A stretch of DNA of 64,000 nt from an uncultured bacterium (GTDB lineage Bacteria > Patescibacteriota > Minisyncoccia > UBA6257 > 2-01-FULL-56-20): NCBI GenBank assembly GCA_963696395.1, contig CAVOJZ010000002.1, forward strand, positions 784,619 to 848,618, written 5' to 3'. The position numbers were made by a program, and so were the translations under genes. Shown in pieces: positions 19,596 to 30,400 of the stretch; the first letter of the stretch is position 1, and the number at the start of each line of letters is the position of its first letter. Under the pieces are notes generated by a model. It saw nothing but the letters and a program-made list of their open reading frames with translations. It had not been told where the DNA came from and did not search any database.

Positions 19596-20255
19596 ATGGG
19601 GTCATCATCTTCTGGCCATAACGGCGAGTCCGGAAGTATCCAGTGGATCAAAAAACATCTGTGGCTGGTTCATATTTTTTTCTGGGTTTTAATCGCGTTT
19701 TTGATCCTTTTTCTGGTGGTGCGGGTTAATGAACCGTGCCCACCGTCCCTCTCGACAATGCAGATGACTTTCTTCCAGAGCCTTTTGCCGTGCAATCCTC
19801 CGCCGCCTCCACCGCCCATACGGGCAACAGAAAAAAATGCTTCGTTGGTGCTCGCGCCTCCAGTGACCCTCGTAAAAGTGGGGGATCGTTTTCTGGTGCC
19901 GCTCATCGTGCGCCCTTCTGATTTCCCGATTAATGTTGTTTACGCTTCGCTTGCCTATCCAACCAGCGTCCGCTTAATTGCTCAGGACGCATCAAGTTCT
20001 CCGTTCGCTATACGACTTCACGATCCGGATGATGACGACTCTCTGCAGGAAACGATGCAAATGCAGCCCGGCCCCGGTATCAATTGGCCCGCGTCGCTCG
20101 CGACGTTTACATTTTTAGCATTGCGTCCAGGCGTTGTTTCCATAAGCATCACGAGTGGTTCTCAGGTGCTCGCGGATGACGGGTTTGGAACGAATGTCCT
20201 CGGGTCACTGACAAACGCAACGATCACCATAGTTTCAGCTTCAGCAGCTCAATAA
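19596..20255 (+). CDS. membrane-anchored cohesin-like domain protein
   Basis: TM helix, poly-Pro linker, VKVGDRFLV..INVV..LATFTF..SQVLADDGFGTNVL. Confidence 0.6.
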   Translation: MGSSSSGHNGESGSIQWIKKHLWLVHIFFWVLIAFLILFLVVRVNEPCPPSLSTMQMTFFQSLLPCNPPPPPPPIRATEKNASLVLAPPVTLVKVGDRFLVPLIVRPSDFPINVVYASLAYPTSVRLIAQDASSSPFAIRLHDPDDDDSLQETMQMQPGPGINWPASLATFTFLALRPGVVSISITSGSQVLADDGFGTNVLGSLTNATITIVSASAAQ

Positions 20256-20286
20256 AAAATCAACGCCCAACCAGAAATGATATAAA

Positions 20287-20311
20287 TGCAAATTACTTGC
20301 AAATAATTTGC
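20287..20311. promoter_or_regulatory. putative Fur/Zur-type operator upstream of metal ABC operon
   Basis: GCAAATTA-N8-TAATTTGC perfect inverted repeat overlapping a 7-1-7 TGCAAAT-T-ACTTGCA box. Confidence 0.5.
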
Positions 20312-20362
20312 CTGTTTTCTGCGCAAATGATAGGGTTGTCGATATAATAACTTTCACCGAAA

Positions 20363-21292
20363 ATGCATAGAACGTTTTTGATATGGGTTGCCATTTTTCT
20401 CGTTGTCATTGGCGGGATCATTTTTCTTTTCTTGCGTTCTGGTTCAGGCGTCAGCACCAGTTCGCCTCATTCCGGCACCTTGCAGGTGGTTGCAGCCGAA
20501 AATTTCTGGGGCAGTTTGATATCGCAGATCGGTGGATCGCACGTGCAGGTTCTGAGCGTTGTTTCCGATCCGAATGCAGACCCTCATGAATATGAAAGCA
20601 ACACAACTGACGCGCGCGCCATTGCTACGGCAAATTATGTTATCGAAAACGGTGCGGGATATGATAGCTGGGCAGATAAACTGCTTGGCGCAAGTTCTGA
20701 TCAAAGCCGCAAGGTACTTAACGTGGCGATGTTGTTGGGAAAACAAGAAGGCGATAATCCTCACTTTTGGTATAGTCCCGATTACGTAAACCGGGTGACC
20801 GCCCAAATGGAACAAGATCTTATCGCGCTCGATCCCGCGGATGCTTCTTATTACGAAGCAAATTATAAAACGCTTCAAAGTTCACTAGGACAATATCAAA
20901 ACCGCATCGCTGCCATAAAGCAGCAATTCGGGGGAACGAAAGTCGCGGCCACCGAGGATATCTTTGCGTATCTTGCGGACGCATCGGGTCTCGACCTTGT
21001 CTCGCCGCCCGCCTTTATTCAGGCTGTTGCAGAAGGCAATGATCCTCCGGCGTCAAGTATCGTGGAGTTCGAGAATCAACTCAGGAGCGGAGGCGTACAG
21101 GTGCTCGTATATAACCAACAAACGGTGACTCCTCTCACCGAGAACATGAAGAAGCTCGCTGCAGACCAAGGCATACCGGTGATTGGTGTCACGGAAACGA
21201 TTCAGCCACCCGATGCTTCTTTCGAAGATTGGATGAATGCCGAACTGATAGAATTACAGAATGCCCTCAATGCAAAAACTCTCGGACAATAG
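20363..21292 (+). CDS. Zn/Mn ABC transporter substrate-binding protein (ZnuA/TroA family)
   Basis: DPNADPHEYE, NGAGYDSW, NPHFWY. Confidence 0.93.
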   Translation: MHRTFLIWVAIFLVVIGGIIFLFLRSGSGVSTSSPHSGTLQVVAAENFWGSLISQIGGSHVQVLSVVSDPNADPHEYESNTTDARAIATANYVIENGAGYDSWADKLLGASSDQSRKVLNVAMLLGKQEGDNPHFWYSPDYVNRVTAQMEQDLIALDPADASYYEANYKTLQSSLGQYQNRIAAIKQQFGGTKVAATEDIFAYLADASGLDLVSPPAFIQAVAEGNDPPASSIVEFENQLRSGGVQVLVYNQQTVTPLTENMKKLAADQGIPVIGVTETIQPPDASFEDWMNAELIELQNALNAKTLGQ

Positions 21293-22070
21293 TCTTATAG
21301 TCGCCGAAAATCTTTCGGCAGGATACCCGTCAAAAATTATTTGGAAAGACGCGAATTTTTCGATCGGCCGTGGCGAGTTTGTCGCCGTGCTTGGCCCGAA
21401 TGGTGCCGGCAAGACAACGCTGTTTCGAATGCTTCTGGGACTCACTCAGCCAACCGGAGGCTCGCTGACTGTTTTTGGTAACATGCCTCGCCGCGGTAAT
21501 TCCCGAATCGGCTATGTTCCGCAACAGCATCCCATTGACGAGGAAACGGGCGTTGAAGCACTTCAATTAGTCCGATTGGGGCTTGACGGAAACCATTGGG
21601 GCATCGGTTCTTCAAAAGGAATCGATGAGGCATATGAAGCCCTTCAGGTCGTTGGCGCACAAGAACTGGCACATCGGCCGCTCGGGCTGCTTTCGGGTGG
21701 TGAGCAGCAGCGAATTTTTCTTGCAGAAGCCCTGATCGGAAAACCAGATCTGCTCCTCCTTGATGAGCCCCTTGCCAATCTCGACATGCGCCGCGAGGCG
21801 AATTTTGTGCAACTTATCAACGACGTTGTGCGTTCACGCAACGTCACGGTTCTTCTTATCGCGCACAATATTAATCCGCTTTTGCCGGTGCTGGATCGGG
21901 TGATCTATGTTGCAAACGGCAACGTTACCGATGGCAAACCGTCTGAAGTTTTGACGTCGCAATCACTCACCGATCTCTACGGTATTCCTATCGAGGTTCT
22001 CAAAGATTCGCGGGGACGGATAGCCATTGTCGGCATGGATGACGCTCCGGAACACCATCACCATGAATAG
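21261..22070 (+). CDS. metal ABC transporter ATP-binding protein
   Basis: GPNGAGKTT, LSGGEQQR, LLLLDEP, His-rich tail. Confidence 0.93.
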   Translation: MPSMQKLSDNSLIVAENLSAGYPSKIIWKDANFSIGRGEFVAVLGPNGAGKTTLFRMLLGLTQPTGGSLTVFGNMPRRGNSRIGYVPQQHPIDEETGVEALQLVRLGLDGNHWGIGSSKGIDEAYEALQVVGAQELAHRPLGLLSGGEQQRIFLAEALIGKPDLLLLDEPLANLDMRREANFVQLINDVVRSRNVTVLLIAHNINPLLPVLDRVIYVANGNVTDGKPSEVLTSQSLTDLYGIPIEVLKDSRGRIAIVGMDDAPEHHHHE

Positions 22071-22917
22071 CGTTACGTTCAGTTTTAATCTTGTCGCCGA
22101 CCTGCAGTCGATGGTGCAATACGATTTCATGCGGCATGCTTTTGAGGCGGGAACGATTGTTGCGATTGTTGCCGGAATCATCGGCTACTTTATTGTCTTG
22201 CGTCGTTCGTCTTTCGCGGCGCATGCGCTGTCGCATATTGGTTTCGCCGGGGCCGCCGGTGCGGTCCTCTTTGGAATTAATCCGATCGTAGGATTGCTTG
22301 TCTTTACGAGCGGCGGCGGTCTCGCGATGGCAACGTTAGGGAGGAAGGCGGCAAGCAGGGATGTCCAAATCGGAACCGTGCTCGCATTCATGCTCGGCCT
22401 TGGCGTTCTTTTCATTAGCTTATATTCCGGCTATGCCACTGAAGCGTATTCGCTTTTGTTCGGGGAGATCCTGGGGATCTCAAGCGGCGACGTTTTGGTA
22501 ACGTTTGTTGCCGCACTTGTTCTTCTCGGCGCGATCGCCGTCGTCTATCGTCCGCTCCTTTTTACGTCGCTCGATGAAGATGTCGCAGAAGCGAAAGGCG
22601 TATCCACTTTCTGGATGGGGGTCATATTCATGCTGCTCGTCGCAATCGCAACATCCATAGCGGTGCAGGTTGTCGGAGTCCTTTTGATTTTTGCGCTCAT
22701 GGTGACCCCGGCTGCGGTGGCGCAACGGATGGTTCGACGGCCCGCTCAGGGCATTTTCATTTCCGTAATGATCGCATTGCTGGCTACCTGGTTTGGACTT
22801 TTCGTATCTTTCTATGTTTCGTATCCTGTGAGTTTCTTTATTACCACCGCCACATTTGCCGTCTATCTTGCCACACGGTTATTTCAGGCCGTTACGACGC
22901 GCCACGTGATCGTTTAA
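22063..22917 (+). CDS. metal ABC transporter permease (ZnuB family)
   Basis: FAAHALSHIGFAG, LLFGEILG, DEDVAEAKG, VGVLLIFALMVTPA. Confidence 0.93.
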   Translation: MNSVTFSFNLVADLQSMVQYDFMRHAFEAGTIVAIVAGIIGYFIVLRRSSFAAHALSHIGFAGAAGAVLFGINPIVGLLVFTSGGGLAMATLGRKAASRDVQIGTVLAFMLGLGVLFISLYSGYATEAYSLLFGEILGISSGDVLVTFVAALVLLGAIAVVYRPLLFTSLDEDVAEAKGVSTFWMGVIFMLLVAIATSIAVQVVGVLLIFALMVTPAAVAQRMVRRPAQGIFISVMIALLATWFGLFVSFYVSYPVSFFITTATFAVYLATRLFQAVTTRHVIV

Positions 22918-22965
22918 CGCATCATTTTTTTTACCAAAAAAGCGGGAAGCGAGAAACGTGGTAAA

Positions 22966-23075
22966 AGGAAAGCAACATGCACGAAAAAGGGTGTATCGGA
23001 CGAGCGTAGGCGAGGAGATGCAGCGCGTTTTCAGCAGAAAACGACGCGACCCTTTTTCGTGCATGTTGCTTTCCT
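22966..23075. repeat. tRNA-fragment-adjacent palindromic cassette, copy 2, inside a perfect 27-bp inverted repeat
   Basis: AGGAAAGCAACATGCACGAAAAAGGGT (22966-22992) / ACCCTTTTTCGTGCATGTTGCTTTCCT (23049-23075). Confidence 0.8.
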
Positions 23076-23270
23076 GGTGCCCCCCACGGGACAGATTTTG
23101 AACCAAATTCTCCAAGAAATAGCCGCGCTTTCTGAACTTTTGGGAATGGCGACAGCCAAAGGTGACGAAGTTGACGGTTCTACGATCGCCGCATGAGCCC
23201 CACCTCGCGGGATGAGTTTGAACCGTACCGAGGGCAATGTAGCGCGTGCACAGTACGCCACCCTCGCAAC

Positions 23271-24113
23271 TTAAAAACTTATCGTATCAAGATCAATTCC
23301 GAGAGAATTATCTTGGGGCAAATTATCGATTTTTAGATATTTTGTAGGGCTCCTGTCGTCAAATTCGAAATAAGGAGCAGGGAATCTAAAGGCCGAACCG
23401 ACAATTGAGCCGCAGAGATAGTCGTATTGCGAACCACCGGGAAGGCCGCCATTTTCCTGAAAAATTGTTTGTACGATCTCAGGCTTGATGTCGATCTTAA
23501 GCCTAGTTTTATGAGAGGTGGGAAGGGGAGGTTCGGCGAATGGAGAAGATGTACTATTGTCGGCATTTTGTATCGAGCAATCGTTTTTCTGCTGAGGAGT
23601 GAGTTTTGCATACCATTGGTTCATTATTATAGTCGGTGTGCTAGTGGCGTTTTTCCCGAAGATTTCCATGGTTAGTACGTCGTGAGTTAAATCTGATGAG
23701 CGGACGATTTGGCTAGAGCTCGTTTCGGTATAGATCGGAAAGTCATAATTTGGAAAGCCGTGATTCTGACAGTCCTCTTTGAAAAAGCTGACTCCCATCT
23801 CGGCAAATGACTGTCTAAACCAAACGCAGCCTTTGTCCGGAGCATAGCTTGGAAAACCCTCGGTGCCGTAAGGGGGAAGTGAAAAAAGATTGATCACGCT
23901 GAACATAATCATGCTGAGCACAACCCCGATCGCTATCCCGAACTGTATTCGGTACTCCTTCTTTCTGATCCAAGAGTAAAGCCCCAGAAGAAGGAAAAAG
24001 ACTGCCGATGCTTCAAACGATTCAAAATCGTGCAAGACATAAAGAAATATGACGGTTGCGATGGCGAAGCCGACTATGGAGCCCTGAAGGAGTTTCTCAA
24101 TCGACTTACTCAT
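23271..24113 (-). CDS. hypothetical membrane protein
   Basis: 280-aa ORF, three N-terminal TM segments then a soluble domain. Confidence 0.65.
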   Translation of the reverse strand: MSKSIEKLLQGSIVGFAIATVIFLYVLHDFESFEASAVFFLLLGLYSWIRKKEYRIQFGIAIGVVLSMIMFSVINLFSLPPYGTEGFPSYAPDKGCVWFRQSFAEMGVSFFKEDCQNHGFPNYDFPIYTETSSSQIVRSSDLTHDVLTMEIFGKNATSTPTIIMNQWYAKLTPQQKNDCSIQNADNSTSSPFAEPPLPTSHKTRLKIDIKPEIVQTIFQENGGLPGGSQYDYLCGSIVGSAFRFPAPYFEFDDRSPTKYLKIDNLPQDNSLGIDLDTISF

Positions 24114-24172
24114 TTGTCGTTATAAAAATAGGATTTTCCTCTTCTGGCCAAGGCAATACTTTTCTCTATTCT

Positions 24173-24442
24173 CTAAACAATAGAACCGTCTTTCGACAAG
24201 CTTTCTCTCCATAATTCATATTGTGCAATTTGTTCACCGGTCTGGCCGATGAACGAATATGTGGCTTGTGTGCCAACAATTGCCGCGATTGGATCAGCCG
24301 GCGGCATCGTTATGAAATGTTCCGCCGGAAGATCGTACTCTTTCTTTTTGTCGAGAGTGAGGGTTAGGTAATAAACCGCGCCTGTGGCTAGTGTGAGCGT
24401 TAAAAACGCTTCAGCTCCTACTTGTTTTGATTTGAAGGTCAT
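24173..24442 (-). CDS. hypothetical protein
   Basis: ATG at 24442 (MTFKSKQVG...). Confidence 0.4.
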   Translation of the reverse strand: MTFKSKQVGAEAFLTLTLATGAVYYLTLTLDKKKEYDLPAEHFITMPPADPIAAIVGTQATYSFIGQTGEQIAQYELWRESLSKDGSIV

Positions 24443-24559
24443 TGCGAAGTGGTTGTTCAATATAAATCCTACTCTGGGGTATCTGGAAGTCAAAGATCCG
24501 CGGATTCTCTCTTGGTTCGCTATCCTTCGCCCCAAAGGTCGAAATCAATCACAACACAT

Positions 24560-24742
24560 ATGGGGCACAAAAAGAAAACACGGTACACACGACCGAGTAG
24601 GCGAGAGATACGGGAATTCAGAAAATTCTTGGGAGCAATAGCTGACCAATATAACGACGCCCAGATCGCCCAGCTTCGATGGGAGATGCATGAGTGGGCT
24701 GTACTCCTTCTCGATCTCTGGTTGCAACGTCAAAAAGAGTAG
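24560..24742 (+). CDS. small hypothetical protein of integrative-element type
   Basis: MGHKKK..EIREFRKFLGAIADQYNDAQIAQLRWEMHEWAVLLLDLW; resembles short helical proteins found beside serine recombinases (recalled pattern, unverified). Confidence 0.5.
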   Translation: MGHKKKTRYTRPSRREIREFRKFLGAIADQYNDAQIAQLRWEMHEWAVLLLDLWLQRQKE

Positions 24743-24859
24743 CGGTGCCGCGCTGGGGTTGTGGAGAACTCAAAAAGCGCTTGTGGCATAAGCGCTTTTT
24801 GAACATCAAGACTAGAAAATATGCCGGATGCGGCAATTTTCCGATACTGGACAAACTTG

Positions 24860-24931
24860 TGCCCCCGTAGGGAGTTGAACCCCAACTTCGTGGTTCGAAG
24901 CCACGCGTGATATCCGTTTCACCACAGGGGC
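24860..24931 (-). tRNA. tRNA-Arg(TCG)
   Basis: Reverse complement GCCCCTGTGGTGAAACGGATATCACG-CGTGG-CTTCGAA-CCACG..GGTTCAACTCC..GGGGGCA. Confidence 0.93.
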
Positions 24932-25013
24932 GCTTTCGGCGCCGCATCCGGCTGTGCGGGCGTCCGGATGAGCTACTCATATAGTATAGCGCCATCATGC
25001 TACAATTATTTTT

Positions 25014-25706
25014 ATGAATATTCCAATAACGATATTCGAGTTTGCCGTCCTCATCTTTTCCGCCGTGTTGCACGAAGTGGCGCACGGATATATGGCTCAG
25101 CGGCTGGGGGACAATACCGCCGAGCAAGCCGGACGTCTTACGCTCAATCCGCTCAAGCATCTCGACCCGTTCGGGTCGGTTTTGATGCCGATCCTTCTCT
25201 ACCTCGCATCCGGCGGGGCGTTTTTCTTCGCGGCGGCAAAGCCGGTTCCTTATAATCCGAACAATTTGCAGAATCCGCGCACCGGATCCGCGAAAATTGC
25301 GCTCGCCGGGCCGGGCACTAATTTTTGTATCGCGATCTTCTTCGGTCTTCTTTCGGTTGCAACGCCACTCGCCGCAGTTACGAAGCAGATGATCATTTCG
25401 GCGATCGTGAACGGTACGGCATTCACCGCAAGTGGATCGCTCGCAGGGCTTTATCTTTTCTTCCTGATTATTGCCTATATCAACGTTTTACTCGGAGTTT
25501 TTAACCTCGTTCCCATCCCGCCGCTCGATGGTTCGCGCGTCCTCTTTGCGGCGCTTCCGCAAACGGCGGCGACATTTAAGGCAATGTACTTTCTGGAGCG
25601 CTGGGGCTTGCTCATTGTTCTCTTGTTTGTATTTTTCGGATTCCAATTTATTATGCCGGTCATCGGATGGCTCTTTGCACTTTTCACGGGGCAGCTATTT
25701 AGGTGA
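25014..25706 (+). CDS. site-2 protease (peptidase M50)
   Basis: HEVAH, GRLTLNPLKHLDP, AGP, FNLVPIPPLDGSR. Confidence 0.95.
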   Translation: MNIPITIFEFAVLIFSAVLHEVAHGYMAQRLGDNTAEQAGRLTLNPLKHLDPFGSVLMPILLYLASGGAFFFAAAKPVPYNPNNLQNPRTGSAKIALAGPGTNFCIAIFFGLLSVATPLAAVTKQMIISAIVNGTAFTASGSLAGLYLFFLIIAYINVLLGVFNLVPIPPLDGSRVLFAALPQTAATFKAMYFLERWGLLIVLLFVFFGFQFIMPVIGWLFALFTGQLFR

Positions 25707-25770
25707 TTTGGGGCTGTTTATAACTCAATATTCCTTTATTTATAGTCTGCGGTAAAATTTACATAAAGGC

Positions 25771-26736
25771 ATGAATTCCCCTAGATTGCGCGCGTTTTTT
25801 GTGGCCCTCGTTTTGTTTTTGGTATTGCTTGTGGTTCCGATTCTTTTGACAGCAAGCTTTTTCAGAACCAGTGATTCGATGACGACGCAGGCGATTGTTC
25901 AGCAGCAGACATTGTCCGACATTGCGGTGAGAGCAATCCAGACAAAAGTGGAACACCTGACATCGATCGCGACTTCGATGGCTGCCTCGCCGCAGCTCAT
26001 CACGGATTTTTCACAAAAAAATTGGACGGCGGCCTCTGCCGTTGCGAGAGACATGCAGAACAATGTGGATTTTTATGATTCGTTCATCGATCGGATAACC
26101 ATCCTCGACAATTCAGGAACTCAGCAAGCGGCGTTTCCGAAGCTCTCGGGCGGGATCGGTGCGAGCTTTTCAAGTTCATCATGGTTTGAATCCCTGGCAT
26201 CCGGTGCGCCTTCCGCAGTTTCCGGTGTGGTGAAGCGGGTTTCTACTCCACAGATACAGGTGATAAATATCGCCGCCCCGGTGAAACAAAATGGAGAAAC
26301 AGTCGGGTTTGTGGTTTTACAGATTCCTACCGATGATTTCCTTGCATTTGGACAAACCATCTCGCTTGGAACGTATGGGTTTGCATACATGGTGGATAGT
26401 TCGGCGAATATAATTGAGCATCCTCGATACACTTCGAATAACGACAGCGGCGTTGTGAATCTTTCTTCGGACCCCATCGTACGAGCAGTTCAACGGGGAG
26501 GGTCCGGCACGGTCATCTCAAACGATGGCGGCGAACCGAGCGTGTTAACCTATGAACCAATTTCACCTTACGGATGGGGATTGGTAACTCAAGAACCGTA
26601 TTCGGAGGTGTTTGCAACGCGGGACGATATCCTGGCGTCAATTGCATGGGAAATTGCTATCACGGTCTTCGTTGATTTGCTTCTGTGCTACTTAGTTTTC
26701 CGCATCATGATCGGAAAAAAATATGAAAAACAGTAA
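25771..26736 (+). CDS. dCache sensor domain protein without output domain
   Basis: TM - periplasmic (IAAPVKQNGETVG..GFAYMVDSSANIIEHP..YGWGLV) - TM, ending right after the second TM. Confidence 0.75.
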   Translation: MNSPRLRAFFVALVLFLVLLVVPILLTASFFRTSDSMTTQAIVQQQTLSDIAVRAIQTKVEHLTSIATSMAASPQLITDFSQKNWTAASAVARDMQNNVDFYDSFIDRITILDNSGTQQAAFPKLSGGIGASFSSSSWFESLASGAPSAVSGVVKRVSTPQIQVINIAAPVKQNGETVGFVVLQIPTDDFLAFGQTISLGTYGFAYMVDSSANIIEHPRYTSNNDSGVVNLSSDPIVRAVQRGGSGTVISNDGGEPSVLTYEPISPYGWGLVTQEPYSEVFATRDDILASIAWEIAITVFVDLLLCYLVFRIMIGKKYEKQ

Positions 26737-27316
26737 ACGCGCCTTCACGTTAATAGAACTGTTGGTCGTCATCGCAATCATTGCGGTCCTGTCCGTTGTC
26801 GTCATTTTATCGCTGAACCCGGCGGAACTGCTTCGGCAGTCGCGAGATTCAAACCGGATCTCCGATTTCGCAACCATAAAGAGCGCCATCTCGCTCTACT
26901 TAATTGACGCGAGTGCGCCGAACCTCGCTTCATCGAGCGCAAGCTACGGTGGTTGTTATGTTTCAACAATAGCCGGAAACGGCACGACCTCCGCAAGGTG
27001 TGGCGTCTTCACGAATACGTATGCAACTTCGGATGTCAGTGCGACCGCAGCAACCTATCGCAAGACCGATTCAACCGGCTGGATACCGGTTAACTTTTCA
27101 GCATTGAGTTATGGGTCGCCGTTCGGGGCGCTCCCGGTTGATCCGGTCAATACTTCAAGCTCGTATTACGCCTATGCGGCAACGTCAACCGGCGGTTATT
27201 ATTTCGAACTTGATACTTTTTTGGAGAGCAAGAAATATGCACCAGATCTTACGAACGACGGGGGAGATAATCCAAATACCTACGAAGCTGGGAATCAGCC
27301 GGGGTTAACACTCTAG
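26723..27316 (+). CDS. type IV pilin-like protein
   Basis: AFTLIELLVVIAIIAVL prepilin motif; SRDSNRISD; LPVDP. Confidence 0.92.
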   Translation: MKNSKRAFTLIELLVVIAIIAVLSVVVILSLNPAELLRQSRDSNRISDFATIKSAISLYLIDASAPNLASSSASYGGCYVSTIAGNGTTSARCGVFTNTYATSDVSATAATYRKTDSTGWIPVNFSALSYGSPFGALPVDPVNTSSSYYAYAATSTGGYYFELDTFLESKKYAPDLTNDGGDNPNTYEAGNQPGLTL

Positions 27317-27491
27317 TGGACCATATCGGGGGACTTGTCGAACTCGGGAACAACTATTCATAAAGCATCTCCCCGGCGATTTGGAGTTTCTTGTCGGAGA
27401 GTCCTGGATAGAGATCCTTGAGAGCCACAAGATATCCCCAAGCATCTCTTACCCCCCCCAGAACAAGGTAAACTGATAGGTAAGAAACTCC

Positions 27492-30400
27492 ATGGTTGGC
27501 TGCCACAGATCATATACAAGACCCCTCTATATATTACTGGCCCTTGGGGTGGTCTTGTTTGGGATGCAGGGGAGGCAGGCAAAAGCGGCGATTATAGCCG
27601 GAACAGTTACGACCAGCACTTCTGCCGCGACTATAACTTCTTCGACTGTTAGCGTGAATATTGCAAGCAGTTCCAGTAGCGCGCTATTTGTCACGGTTGC
27701 TGATCAGTTTGGGGCAGTAGCGTCAGCAAGCTATAATGGTGTCCCAATGGTGAAATTATGGGGCGTTTTGGATGGAGCTGGAGTGACGGAAGATGCGGGG
27801 TTCATTCTCGGGAATCCTGCTACGGGAACCCATAACCTCATAGTGCAATGGGCGACGAATAATGGTGGCATCGACGCAATCATGGCGCAGCCCTATTACG
27901 GCGTCGCTCAAGGCAACACTACGAACACAACGTATCGCGCGCCGACATTTGGTAACGATGGAGGAAATACCACGACCACAGCAAAAGAAACGGTTTCAAA
28001 TGCGCAAAGCGGAGACGTCGTGATAGATGGTATTGGTAGTTATAGCGGACCGGCGTTGACCCCATCGTCCTCGCAGACCGTGAATTACGAAGTGACCAAT
28101 TTATTGAGCGATGGTTTTTCTATGGGCTCATCCTATGAGACCGCATCTGGAGCGACCACGATGTCTTGGACATTAACGCCGGCTGACTATTGGTCAATGG
28201 GCGCCGTGCCGCTCATACCGGCGACGATCCCTCCTACAATTTCTTCTTTTTCAGCAGCTCCTACCATAGTTGCCAATAACGGCACGTCAACTCTTTCGTG
28301 GAATGTGTCCGGGGCGACATCTCTCTCTATTAATAACGGCATCGGTACGGTGACAGGAACCTCGACCACGACCCCCGCGCTCGCAACGACTACCCTGTAT
28401 ACCCTTACCGCTGTAAATTCGAACGGCACGAGTACGGCAACAACAACCGTGACGGTGGATTCGCAAGCTCCCACCGTTCCTCAGAATCTTATCGCCACAA
28501 ACTCTACAAAGAATTCCATTTCTCTCAGCTGGGCGACCTCGACGGACAATATATCCGTTGCCGGCTATAACATTGATCGCTGCCTTGGTTCTTGTACGCC
28601 AACCTCGACGGTCGCCACGACGACGCAGACGTCCTATACGGACAGCGGCCTTGCCGCTTCAACAACCTATACCTATGCCATTTCCGCATTCGACGAAGTC
28701 GGAAATACGTCTGCGCTTTCTACTTCAACAATGGCATCCACTTCTGCATACGATGTCGCCTGTTCGGGAGATATAACGACAGCTCTTCAGAATGTCATTT
28801 CTGCTGCGACCGACGGGAATACCATCATCATCGGGCCAGGTACATGCACCATTTCGTCCGTAGTCACGTGGACAAACAAAAATATCACCGTGATGGGTTC
28901 GGGTATCGACGTAACCGATATCAACGCAGCACAGTCGGCATTCAAAATCACCATTACAAATCCTGCGGAAGCTGCATGGCGACTTTCTGGGTTCACCCTC
29001 CAAGGAACAAACTCTTCTAATACACTCATCAATGTGGATGGGACGGGCGCGGGTCAATGGACGTGGGGTTGGAGAATCGATCACGTCAAAGTTAATTATA
29101 GTGGTGTTGTGAGTAATGACCCGATGACTATTGATGGCGTCACCTACGGTTTGATTGATCACGATGACTTCATCGTCGCAGGCGGGGGTACGTTCATCCT
29201 CATGGCCGGATATATGAGTCCGGAAGACGGAAGTTCCATTTCAAAACTCCTTGGCCTTTACGACATGTCTCTTCCTTTGGATCTCGGCACGTATAAAGCG
29301 CTGTATATAGAAAACTGCACTTTCTCAGATAATGGATCTGGAAATTCATATTCTTCATTCGATTCCTCCGCCGGAGGAGCACGGGTTGTTTTCAGATACA
29401 ACACCCTGCAGGGTGTTGTCTACTCACACTGGACGAGAGGCGGCGAAATCGGTGGATTCAAATATGAAGTGTACAACAACGTCATGACCGGAGATTCTGG
29501 TAACCAGTTGCCTTTGCGGATGGAGGCGGGGACCGGAGTCATTTTTGATAACACAATCACTGGGTATGCCGATCAGCAATTCTGGATAGACGAACGACGT
29601 GGGCAGCAAGCACAAACCAGTAGCCCCACGCTCGCATGTGATGGTACCCACGCTTGGGACGGAAACATTGAAGCGAGCGGATGGCCATGTCTCGGACAAA
29701 TCGGGCGGAGTCCAGGTTCTGCTCCCGGCAATCAGACAACATCGCCTCTCTATGCTTGGAATAATGGAACGAGTACGGGATGCTCTACGGGTGGAAGTTG
29801 CATCAACTCAGTCAATTTAACAGTGTTTGATTTGGGAACCGGGATAGATCCGACTCTTTTTCTTAAGACGACGGGCAGCCCGCACACCAATGGAAATGTT
29901 GACTATGTGAATAACGGCTCGACACCGATGCCGGGATATACTCCGTTCACGTATCCATATCCTTTGAATGCAAATGGAATGCCATCATCGAGTACGATTC
30001 CCACCATCTCCTCCTTCTCTGCTTCTCCCCAAGAAGTCCTCTCCGGAGGAACCTCAACCCTCTCCTGGAGCGTCTCCAATGCTTCTTCTGTTCTCCTCAC
30101 GGGTACCGGCCTCAATCTTTCAACGACCACCCAGATCGGTTCCACAAACGTCAATCCCACAAGCACCACGATCTTTACCCTCTCTGCTTCAAACAGTAAT
30201 GGCACCTCAACCGCTACGACGACGGTTACTGTGACGAGCGCTGGCCAAACCATCTCCTTTGTCCAGTCAACGAGTTCCGCACCCAACTTTTTAGGGGGTG
30301 CCGGAACGACCACGGCTACTTTTGGCTCGAATACGACTGCAGGAGACTTCATTGTTGTAACGGTGGGAGGATCGGGTATCAGTTCTTTCCCAACGGGAAC

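Larger units (their letters stand above)
23075..24859. mobile_element. degenerate small integrated element at tRNA-Arg 3' end
   Basis: Left end TGGTGCCCCCCACGGG is a displaced tRNA 3' end (reverse complement ..GGGGGGCACCA), followed by the frame VPPTGQILNQILQEIAALSELL resembling a detached recombinase tail. Right end abuts tRNA-Arg; cargo is lower-GC hypothetical genes; no intact integrase. Confidence 0.5.
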
